Shown here: one piece after another, positions 52,216 to 64,000 of the stretch
Layout: each line of letters begins with the position of its first letter
How positions within the stretch are numbered: position 1 is the first letter of the stretch
Origin: Sphagnum compactum
Lineage: Eukaryota
DNA: 64,000 nucleotides
NCBI GenBank assembly: GCA_965153455.1
Contig: OZ234493.1
Span: 19,334,213 to 19,398,212 of the forward strand
Direction of reading: 5' to 3'
Notes under the pieces: model-generated
What the model was told of the DNA's origin: nothing
The model's database searches: none
Seen by the model: only the letters and a program-made list of their open reading frames with translations
Translations under genes and position numbers: made by a program

Positions 52216-55200
52216 CACTAAATGTTGTCATTGTTCATGGAATGCCAAACAATAGACCACTAGCATGGCACTTGTTTAACATAAATCCATCTTGTGTTTG
52301 AATGTCTTTCATTAAGAAACAAGTGTAACTGTGATCAACTCCCAAATCAAACCAAAAAAAAGTTGTTTTAAGTTATGCTCAGTTTACCAAGTATTAACCA
52401 GCATTGTCAAGATAAAAAAAATTTCACTACTAAACAAGGCAATTATTGCAAAAATTTGAAATTTGACTTACACATAGGGTATCAATCATTTTTTCTTTTG
52501 AATTTTGGGACCAACCAAGTATCAAATGGCTAGTACACTAGCATATTCGTATTTTTTTGGTACATATGGATTAATAATTGTTGGGTATGCATAAGGGCTA
52601 GTTTTTGCAATTACCTACCTTGAATTGGACATATAGGCCTTTATTTTGTGATGAAAAGCTTGAAATGAAGATGGTATCCATCAAAGGGAAAAATGCCTTA
52701 AACCAAGTGATCGCTCAATTTATGTCCATTATTGACAAAAGACAACTATTGTCAAAAGTTGAAAGGGAGTGACTTTGCATAGAAGTACATGAATAAGATG
52801 ATATGAAGTTTAATTTTTGGCAAAAGACAAAAGAGAAACTTACCCTTGAATGGATGGAAGATTTATGAATATAAATCTATTTTGCTATTCATGTTTTTCA
52901 TCTAGCATTTTGATGATATTTAATTAAGATGAATATTTCTTGTTGTTCATGTATTTCATCTAGTAATTTGATAATATATTTAATTAATATAAAAAAATGT
53001 TATTGTTTTTCACCTAACATTTTGATGATATTTACTTAATATAAATATGTTGTAGACCTCACTTCATTTTTTCTTGAGTTTACATACTTAAAATGAAAAT
53101 ATTTAACTTGTTCCAATTTTATTTCAAACCACATTGGGACAACATAGTGAAAATTCACCCCAACAAAATTCATTGGGACTTTTGTTCAAAGATTTATTTT
53201 GATGAATATATTTCTTGAACTTTTTGACATTGAACAATGATATATAGTCCTCTTAATTATGTCCAAAGGGTGAAAGCACGCTTTGGTGAACCAAAAGCGG
53301 TGGATGTGGTGTTCATAATTAGTCCTTTTCATAGTGTAAATTTGGAATCATTATTTCAAAATCGTAAACATCCCCCCCTAAAACAAAAAATCTGTGGATT
53401 ACAAGAAAGGTGTCCCTCAAAAATCCTACATACTATTTATATTTTGAAATATAACTTAAAATTCATAAATTTGTGGATTTCAAGGACTAAATTCAACAAT
53501 TAGCTCATAAAATTTCATAAAATTTTCAAATATTCATCTTTTAATGAATTAATTCATTCTAAATCTACATTCATGATACCATTCCACCAAAAAAAGGGCA
53601 TTTATTGGCATAGTTCGTGATGCATTTTTGAGTCCATAACACAAATTATGGATTGTGACAACGTAATTGCCCTAATTTAAAAAGTCCATTTTGAGTTCAT
53701 AATATCATTATTTGTCATTCTATTTTTACAATATTTTTGACTAGTACCCTAACTACTAAAAAATAGGTCCTTCCCAACATTTGATCATAATTTCAAAGTT
53801 GTGTATGCCTAGAACTTAACACCCGCCTTGAGAAAATTGCAATGTGACACCAAAAAATGGATTGTTTAATGTGCTTTCACCCCAAAGGAGTTGAAAAGAA
53901 ATATGCATTCATCAAAATGGCATTGTTTGGCTTGAGTCATCATATAATGGGTAGCCAATAATATAGAATTTGATCCTTATAATACTTACGAAAAGTTTTA
54001 TGAAGTTTTGCCAAACAATTTTCTTATGGATAATTGTTTCATCTTGCACCCCATTATATGTGCAAAGGAAATGGAAGATGAAAATGCAAAAAAAAAATAA
54101 GGGTCAAGTTTTAGGGTTAGGTTGAAACTTATTTAATAAATTTATTCATTAATTAATTTATCAAACAATTTAGCCATACAACTTGAAAAAATCCTATAAT
54201 CTACATTAAATCACATTCAATAGAATGAAAAGACCTTTTTCAAAAATGATGAAAATTATATATTCATAATAAAAATGAATAAAATTATGATATTACAAAA
54301 CACATATGTTTATAAATTAGTAAAAATGAAATCTACATAATGCTAATACTTTATATAATGTTACATTTTCAATGTATTATTATGTTTTAAATAATATAAT
54401 ATAATATAATAATAAGTTAATATGACACAAGATTTATTGATTCAATATATGTTTAAACGTAAGGAGATCTAATATTTAATTTTGTATTGTTATAAACAAA
54501 TTAAATCCCAAAAACCTTTTCAATGTTGATTTAAAATAGGTTTATTTACAAATAAATTTTAAATTTTGAATTTCTTCAAGAAATCATTGTTGTTCAAATG
54601 TATTAAAATGTAATGACAATTCAAATGAATTTTCAGTCAAATTACTTTATATATATATATAATTTTTTTATAAATGTGTGTTAATATCACTTTTTGGGGG
54701 CTTGGCAAGTACCAACTAACTTGCCTAAAAACAATTGTAAAAATAACACTACACCAAATTGTGACTTTCATGACTAGAACATTAAACAACTATGTCATGT
54801 GTACAATCGTTTTTGCTTTGGGCATGGACAAGGTTAGTCATGAATTCGATTATATGACCATGAACAAAAAGTATAACCATTTCAAGTCATTTACATGATT
54901 ACAAGACTAAAATTATGATTTTATGTCTACCTAAGAATACAATTACAACACAAGGTCCACCAACAATATGTAATTAATTCAAACAACATATCTAATAAAT
55001 GCTTTCAAATATCAATTTAAGTACACCAAAAAAGGTCAATGAATACATAATCTTAGGGTTTAGGGTTATAATAATTAAATTAGAAAAACCAATGACAAAA
55101 ATGGGAGGTTAATTACAATTTACATATTAATTATTAAAATTTACATTTATATAGTAAAATTTAGGACTGGCATTGGATATTTTACAAGTGGACCTAGCTT

Positions 55201-56084
55201 AGGGAAATCTAAAAATGAGTAGAGATTTTTTCAAAGGGTGATTTTGAAATTTAAAAAAATCACCAAAACAATAAGGAAGTAAATCTCAATTCACCACATT
55301 GAAACTTGTTCTTCCTACAAGTAGCTAGAAAGTAGCATGACTTTGAAAAATAAATGGTCTTATCTATCTTGTGGGGCTAGTTGTGGTTAAATCCTCCTAT
55401 GGATGATTGCCAATGTGGCTATGTAATAAATTTATTTTTAATAAAATAAAAAATATAAATTTCAAAATAACACTAGAAGCCCACAATCCTTTACCAATGG
55501 AGGAGTTCCATTAGGGTTTAGAGAAGCTTTCCTTGCTTTAGAGATAATCTACATGTGGGCATTCATGAGGAGGCACACAAAGGTGTGGAAGAACTAGCCA
55601 AGAGTAAAAGTCCATTTCTAGTTTGAAAAGTGAGTTTTCTTGAAACTTATGCTTTTCTTTTTCAAGCTTATTCCATCTTCTTCTTCTTCTTTTGTCTTCT
55701 TCTTCAAATTAGTGCACATTTCTAGCAAATACTGAATTCTGATTTTTGTTTATGGACAAACCTATATTAATAGAATCTACACAATTTGATTTGTTAGAAT
55801 TCATGATCAAAACAAAAATTTGGAAAATGCAAACAACAAAACTATGCAAAAATATAATTTGGCTTGAAGTTTCAACAAACAAAACAAACTCTTGAAGTAA
55901 GTAATGATTCAAAGATGGAACAAGAAAAGGAACATAAGCAAGTTCAAAATCAAAACATAGGTTAAAAAAAAAAACTTTAACCAATAACTAATCACTAAGT
56001 AACTAGTTAATTAACTAAAGTTACCCTTACCCCGTCAACAACTTCTTACAAAATCTATTATAATGTTAGTCGCGAACATTTGTA

Positions 56085-56765
56085 TAATATCAATTTTTAA
56101 TCAAATAAATTTTTTGAAGTTAAATAAAAACTTTCAAAATTGAAATGTCAATTTTCATATTCAACTAACAATATTCAAAATTAAAATGTCCATTTTAAGA
56201 CTCAATTAATAATTTTCTGAATTGAAATATTATTTTGAAAATCTAGAATAATAATTTGGAATTCAAATTTCAGCTTTCAAGTCAAATAATTTCTTAACAT
56301 TTAAATTTAAAACTTCAGAATTCAAATATCAAATTTCAAGTTCAAAGTAAAATATTTCAAATCAAAATGTCGATTTTTAGACTCAACTAATTTTTTGAAT
56401 TGAAATACTAATTTTTAGACTCAAAAATAATAATTTAGAATTCAAATATCAATTTTTAGATCAAATAATTTTTTTGAATTTAAATAACAGTTTTCAAAAT
56501 TGAAATGTCAATTTTCAGATTCAAATAACAATATTCAAAATTGAAATGTCCATTTTTAGACTCAATGAATAATTTTCAGACTTGAAGTATTAATTTTGAG
56601 AATCCAAAATAACAATTCGAAATTTTCAGAGTTGAAATATAAATTTTAATATTAAAATTAAAATATTCAAAATTAAAATGTCTATTTTTATAATTTTCTG
56701 AATTGAAATATCAATTTTCAGATTTGAATAACAAATTTCAAAGTTCAAATATTTATTTTGAGATT
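56085..56765. repeat. AT-rich hierarchical satellite (~21-bp subunits, ~360-bp higher-order period)
   Basis: AAAATTGAAATGTCAATTTTCA.ATTCAA.TAACAATATTCAAAATT.AAATGTCCATTTT.AGACTCAAT at ~56136 and ~56496. Confidence 0.7.
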
Positions 56766-56811
56766 TATTATATGAAAAATTTACATATGTATATATATAT
56801 ATATATAGTAC

Positions 56812-57103
56812 ATACATTAAAATACAACCCGATGTCATTGTAAAATACCTTTAGGATGCAACTAATTTGGTGACTATTGCAATTAATTTGACATATCAAC
56901 CTATTAATGGATGAAAGTAAATATAAAATCGATCCAACCAAGAGGATGAAAATTTTAATGATTGCAATATAGTTGTGAAAATGATCAAAATAGTTGAAAT
57001 TTCGTCTTGTAGTTGCAAATATTTCAAAATGTAGTCGCAAACAACTATAAATCGCATGTAGTCGTAAATGGAGTGGTTACATTTTGGCTGATTTCTACTA
57101 ATG
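56812..57103. mobile_element. Probable CACTA-like non-autonomous element truncating the third NB-ARC fragment
   Basis: The minus-strand end CATTAGTAGAAA (cf. CACTAGTAGAAA) abuts NB-ARC codons G-T-L-Y. Internal GCAACTA/TAGTTGC/GTAGTCG repeats. Confidence 0.45.
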
Positions 57104-57428
57104 TACAAGGTTCCATCTTTTGCCCACTGGATTAAAAATATATGTTGTAAATTTTGTAATTCAAACTTTGGGTTTAAATAATCACCATTCCACACTTGAC
57201 AAATTGTACTTATTTTCAAACCACCCAAAAAACAAGCAATATCCAAAAACATGTTTTGATGTTGTTTATCCGAGTACTAATAAAAAATCTTCAATTTACT
57301 CTCAAGCTTTAGTTATCATGGCCCCCGGTGAAACTTTGCCCACTTCTCAATTTGTTCAATGCACCTTCCCATATTTCCAATTCTTTAGTATTGCACAAAA
57401 AAGAACCCAATACTTTAAGACTTAAAGG
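57104..57428 (-). pseudogene. Third HNL fragment (NB-ARC from GLPL to just before MHD)
   Basis: PLSLKVLGSFLCNTKELEIWEGALNKL..MFLDIACFLGGLKISTICQVWNGDYLNPKFELQNLQH..WAKDGTLY, paralogous to 11390-11715. Confidence 0.9.
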
Positions 57429-58169
57429 AATCATTTTCGCTCACCATCTATCATGGAACCTAGGATTTGAATGTTTTTGACAAATCATCAATTAACTTGA
57501 TAGTTTTCAAAATCTAACTATTGGGGTCTTTCAAAGAGAAAGAACATATTTTCATCATTGTGGCTTTGTTGGCTTTGACAACCTCAATAAATATTTGTTT
57601 CTTAAAACTAAAACCATGCATACCAATGTTTCTAGAGCATGGCACAATGGTTGCTGTCATGTTTACTAAGTAACACTTGCAATTGAGGTGTTGACATATT
57701 ATGTAAGTGTGCCCAACATTCGTTTTTTGCCTTTCAACTTGTAAATGTAGTTGAAAGACAATCATGCCGTGCATTTGCAACACAGACATTAATCATAATG
57801 TCAATGTCATCCATCCATGTGTGATCTATCATGCATCACTATGTTTTGTAATTGACCAAAATAGTTGAACATGGGACTTTCTTAGTTGACACACCACCCT
57901 AGGAGGTTTGATTATAGAGCGTGTAATTTTCCAAGTTAACGTTTAAATTAAAATTCAATTGTAGACCTTGAGGGTGTTAAGAATATTCCATGAGCTCCAA
58001 AATAGTTGGGATTTGCCTTCATTTGTCCACCAAAAGAGTAGGCAACTCAATTTATTTGGCAATTGTGAATAATGTTTTAAATATTCAAAAAATTACAATT
58101 GAAACATAGTCGAAAATGACGTCAAGTCAAAGATGGGTTGGTTGAAAAACATGGGTTTTGTACTACTGA

Positions 58170-61100
58170 TTTAGTTGGCAATAGATGAAGGTGTTTCTTT
58201 CAAAATTGAAACACCTTAACAAATTAAGTTCCTTGAATGCATTAAATTGGCCAATAAACATTCATACATTGCTATAACTAAGACTTTTGGAGTGCATTTA
58301 ATTGGCCAATGTACATGTATGTAATTCTTGCAAGTTGAAGGATTCACACAAATCAAGATTTTCAAGTGCGTTTAATGACCAATCAATGAAAATAGTTTTT
58401 TCAAATTGGAACACCTTGACAAATGAAGCTTTTGGATTGTACTCAATTGGCCAATACAGGAAAGTAATTATCTCAAGTTGAAACACTTCGATAAATGAAG
58501 CACTTCGAGAGCATTCAATTAGCCACTAGATGAATGTACTTCTTTCATGATGTTTCCAAGTTAAAGAAGTTTTATAAATAAAGATTTGGATTGCATTCAA
58601 TTGCCCAAAAGATGAAGGTAGTTATATAAAGTTGGGACACTCGTGGTCCAAACAAAGCTTTTGGAGTGCATTTAATTGGCCAATAGATGAAGGTAATTCT
58701 TTCAAGTTGGAACACCCTTTCAAATCAAGCTCTTCGAATACATTCAATTCGCCAATAGATGAAGGTAGTTCTTTCAAATTGGAACAACCTTTCAAATCAA
58801 GCTTTTGGAGTGCATTCAATTGCATAATAGATGAATGTAATTATTTCAAGTTGGACCACTCCACAAAATAAGTTGTTGAAATGCATTCAATATGGCCAAT
58901 AATGAAGGTAATTATTTCAAGTTGGAACACCCTGATAAATCAAGCTCTTGGAGTGCATTTAATTGGCCAATAGATGAAAGTAGTTTTCTCAAGTTACAAC
59001 ACCATATCAAATAAAGCTCTTGGAGTGCATTCAATTGGCTAATAGATGAAGGTAATTCTTTCAAGTTGGAACACCCTTTCAAATCAAGCTTTTGGAATGC
59101 ATTCAATTGGCCAATAGATGAAGGTAATTCTTTCAAGTTACAACACACTTTCAAATCAAGCTTTTGGAGTGCATTCAATTGGCCAATAGATGAAGGTAGT
59201 TCTTTCAACTCGGAACAACCTTTCAAATCAAGCTTTTGGAGTGCATTCAATTGACTAATAGATGAAGGTAGTTCTTTCAAGTTGGAACACCTTGACAAAT
59301 CTAATTCTTGGAGTGCATTCAATTGGCCAATAGATGAAGGTAGTTCTTTCAATTTGGAACACTCATATAAATCAAGTTTTTGGAATGCATTCAATTGGCA
59401 AATAGATGAAGGTAATTTTTTAAAGTTGAACCACTTACACAAAATAAACTCTTGAAGTGCATTGAATTGGCCTATAGATGAAGATGGTTTTTTCAAATTG
59501 GAACACTTTGATAAATCAAACTTTTTGAGTGCATTCAATTGGCCAATAGATGAAGATAGTTCTTTCAACTCGGAACAACATGACAAATCAAGCTTTTGGA
59601 GTGCATTCAATTGACCAATAGATGAAGGTAGTTATTTCAAGTTGGAACACCGTGACAAATCAAACTTTTTGAATGCATTCAATTGGCCAATAGATGAAGG
59701 TAGTTATTTCAACTTGAAACAAATAAAGCTCTTGGAGTGCATTGAATTGGCTAATAAATGAAGGTAGTTTTTTCAACTCGAAACAAATAAAGCTCTTGGA
59801 GTGCATTCAATTTGGCCAATAAATGAAGGTAGTTCTTTCAAGTTGGAACACCTTGACAAATCAAACTTTTGGAGTGCATTCAATTGGCCAATAGATGTAG
59901 GCAATTTTTGTAAGTTTCGACACCTTTTCAAATCAAATTTTTGGAGTGTTTTCAATTGGCCAATAGATGTAGGCAATTTTTGCAAGCTCCCAACCCTGCT
60001 AAATCAAATTCTTGGAGTGATTTCAATTGGCCAACAAATGAAGGTATTTTTAAAAAACTTTGGCATTGTTCCAAATCAAGTACTTGTAATTGTAAACAAT
60101 AAAGCAAATTACTTGGCAACTTTCAAATCATGCAATTTTTGAGGCACAACCATTTAACATTACTCAAATTTTGCCCTTGGATGCAATTTTCCACTACAAT
60201 TGGTGAAGCTTTTGTTAGGTCAACTAACCTAAGGTTGCAAAATCCCTTTGAGTCGATTTGGGCCAATGTAGGCAAATCGACACATTTTTTCAATGACATG
60301 CCTTCTAAATTTTCCACCACCTATCACATGAAATGAAAACAAAAAGGAATATCAATATAAATGAACATTTGATCCTAATACCAATTTTTATTAAAAAAAC
60401 ATGTATTTATAAAATTAATATTCAAAGTTAAAACATTTGGTTCTGGACATTAAAAAAATCATAAGAAATCAAAATAAATTATAGGATTGAAATAGTATGG
60501 TGACAACATCATCCTGTTGTAAAAACAAAATTGATTTAGTTGATTTTCAAACCACCCAAAAAATAAGCAATATCCAAAAACATGTTTTGATGTTGTTTAT
60601 CCAAGTACTCATTAAAAATCTTCAATTTCCTCCAAAGTTCTTCATTATCATGGCCCCCAGTGAGACTTTGCCCACTTTTCAATTTGTTCAATGTTCCTTC
60701 CCAGATTTCTAATTTTTTAATATTGGAGAGAAAAGAACCCAATACTTTAAGACTTAAAAGGAGCCCCCCCACAAGCATTTATAATCTTCATACATATATA
60801 TTTGAAATCTTTTGTTGGAACATGATTTGCATTACTAAATGCATGGAACATAAATAGTTCCTTTGCTTGCTCTTCCTCCAAAAATTTCATGACCACTTTT
60901 CCATCCTCATTTACATGAGATTTTAGAATTTGCCAATTTCAACAATTCATAAGTACTTTGCTTTTAGAAGTTGCATTCTTGGTAGCCTTATCAATGAGAA
61001 GTTGGGAAAATGATAGAATTTTTTGCACAAAATGGTCTTCCCAATCCCACCCATTCCAACCAAACCAACAATACATTCCTTTTGTAACAAGATGTTTATA

Positions 61101-63439
61101 TCTTTTGCTTTGTCAATCAACGCCACCTCATGACATGGCAAAGGTGCAAACAATATATTTTTCTGTCAAAATTCACGAAATATATGTCATTTACATGTTA
61201 TCTTTTTTATTTAATAACCAATATATATGACATTGCATATGTGATACACATCAAGTGTGCTATGACCTAATGTGTATCATATTACATGAACATATATGAA
61301 ATCAAAAGAATTAGATTTGATGTTTTTATGTCCATACATATTTTCAAACATTTTAATAATAAAAATAACTTGGATGATCTTTGTTTGGTGGCTTGCAAAT
61401 TGTCAAGTGATTATCATCTTCAATTTTGTAATGGTTTTTGTTTGACAATTGAATAGCTGAGGCATATGGCACTAAAATTTCTTGCATGTGCAAAATATTA
61501 AGTTAATGGAATTCATTGATTTGTTTGTTTACTTATGCTTTAACTTATAAGTAACATAGTAATTCCAAATGGTGGTGGAAACTAAGTTTAATAACTATTG
61601 ATGTTTGAATCAGAATTAAATATTTTGTGTAAAAGTAATTTCCTTCAACCCTTTGGCAAGCAAGTTATATAAATACATCACAAAATTATTAGTTTTTAAT
61701 TTCATTAATCTTACATGTTTTACTGATTTTCCTTACAAATATTTATATGGAATTGATTTGATGAAGGGAACATTTAAAACCTATTTCTTGATGTTTGAAA
61801 TCAATGAAATTTACTTTCCATCAATAGTAATTCATGAAACAAAGTTCATAAAACACATGACCCATTCACCACATTAATATATTCAAAAGTATTGAATCCT
61901 TGATCCCAAACAAGTTTTGACAATACAAAAAAAATGTTCAACTAATGAACCAAGTTGGATAACTTTCAATGCATTGAAATGAAAATCTTACCCAATTTTT
62001 GTCGAGAGGTAATCCTTCGCCAAATGCATAAATGTTGAGGTCTTCATGAGTGACATTTAAAAATCCGTTGAAAGGTGCTCCATTTGTGGGTTGAAAAATT
62101 CTAAATTAAAAAAAAAACCAGATTGGGTTGCATACTTGTTCAATGTGTTGATTTGTTGATTTTTCCAATTGAAATAATTTGATGAAAATTTGGTACCACC
62201 AGCATGTGGTACACTATAAAATATTACACCTTTAATATTGCTCAAAAATGTCTTACAACATTTGTGTACTTCATGATCCAAATCATTTCTTAACCTTTGA
62301 TGTACATGTTTGTGAACTTCAACCACCAAGCTTTTGAGTATAAGACCTCCAAAACTATAAGCAACTAATGCCACCGGTTCATCCCAAAGGGATTGATAAT
62401 TACAACATATTCAACAATGCACCAAAATTTTGTTATCAACATTGTATTAGCATGTACAAATTTATCCTATTGTACTTGGGGCAATTTTCCAATTCAAACA
62501 TGACCTAAGCCATAAGTTCATAATTGATTTGCTCGTCATTTGTCATTTTTCATTTATTGACTCCATTAATCTACCTAAAAAAATGTGACAACAATGTTTT
62601 GGTAAAACTATTATTATGTACAAGTATGTAGGTGTTTACATTCTTGTGTTAATATACAACTCATCTTCTATGTGTTACTTTGGAAATATTGTTGAAATAA
62701 AAAGAAATTTAAAATTAAAATTATATATACCCTTTTTTGGAAATAATTATTTTGCAATGAAATGGATGCAAATTTTCTACACGTGTATTAATTTAATTTA
62801 ATTCAATTCAATTGCATGACCTTAGATAAAACTTCAAAAAACACAAACTAAAAATTGCCATAAAAACCAAACTAGTTATACCATGAACTTGTAATATGAA
62901 TATAGACTTTGCTATGATCTTCAACAAGAACATTTGCATTTTAGCCCCATTTTATGTTCTTTTACATGAATCTAACAATTCAAGTAAATTGAAACTTGTT
63001 GGTGTGTGTCACAATATTAGCACACATGAATAATTAATTCATGCAAAACATTTAAAAATTTCTAAAGTTGCAAACAATTATCTTTAATGTACACAAGGAG
63101 TAGTAATTAATGTGTCCATAAATAGAAGAGATTGTCACACCTTGAATTTGTAACCAAACTTTGAATAAGGTTTTTGCCAATTTCAGTCACATCATTGTGA
63201 ACACTTGCCACAATGTTAGAATCATAGGACAATGATAAAATTCGAACATTGTTGTTCAAGTCTTCGGGTAGCCACTTTTTCTGGCCAACATATGCATTCG
63301 TCTCTATTGTTGGTGGGGCATGTTGTCCTTGTTTCCTTCCATTCATCATTTGTGCCAAAAGCAATCCCATGAAAAAAACGATGGTCAAGTTTGGATTATT
63401 GGAATTGCAAGTGGGATTTAAATCATGCACTAAATGATT
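58170..63439 (-). pseudogene. HNL copy 2, inverted and more decayed; 5' exons lie beyond the window end
   Basis: Paralogous hydrolase exons (~63141-63439, ~61993-62400, ~61330-61480), NB-ARC ~60510-61162 (GMGGIGKT) with internal deletions, and an LRR exon ~58170-60320 with about 26 72-bp units. Introns and flanks also align to 7992-16328. Confidence 0.92.
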
Positions 63440-64000
63440 CTGCAAAAAAAATGAAAACGAGTGAACACAATTCTTCAAACATCTCTTGGAAATTATTTGA
63501 CTACACATGAAATAAGATAACTACAATATACAAATTATAGTAGTTTGATAAAGGCAATAATTAATTGAAAAGATTAAGTTTAACAAGAAGATAATAATAG
63601 ATGAATTGGAGAATACCAAATTTATCTTGCATGACTAACAAATGAAGATTATTCACGTGTGTCATAGACCTCAAAGTTTCAAAACATAGTTCAATTAAGT
63701 AAATATTGTTACTTAGTAGGTGGAACGTATGCTAATCAATAAAGGTTAATGCTAGGAATTGGATTATTTCAAGTTTGGGTTGATTAGCTTAGCCATCTAG
63801 TTTGGTTCATTTTGCATTTCATGACATTTTCCCCAACATTTGGGCCACTAAGGCCTCCAACTCCTAAGGAATTGGGACACAAACCCAATAAGAATGTCCA
63901 AGAGCATTTTAATAATTTGCTTTAGGTTGCTGGATTAAGACTACACATTGAACTTAACTCATAATCTATAATGAAAGTTCCAATTCTTACAAGTTCAATA

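Overview
AT-rich eukaryotic land-plant DNA with spliceosomal introns. It is probably a bryophyte such as Sphagnum, inferred from the gene classes and repeat style. Main content: (1) a 10-exon APD-type transmembrane RING E3 ligase gene (~277-3991, +). (2) Two convergent copies of an alpha/beta-hydrolase (SERAC1/SesB-like)-NB-ARC-LRR immune receptor gene (HNL class). They form a large inverted duplication (~7990-16330 vs ~57430->64000); both are disrupted and carry very homogeneous 72-bp LRR arrays, and a third NB-ARC fragment lies nearby. (3) An apparently full-length, young RTE-X-like LINE (42743-47998). Its AUG-less ORF2 is in frame with ORF1 behind a single UAG followed by a G-rich tract, suggesting stop-codon readthrough or a fused polyprotein. 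(4) A 906-bp solo LTR with a perfect 5-bp TSD. (5) An orphan exon resembling archaeal-type DHBP synthase (RibB). (6) Many MITEs, minisatellites and decayed TE relics. No rRNA, tRNA or CRISPR array was recognised. All family assignments come from motif recognition by eye, not database searches.
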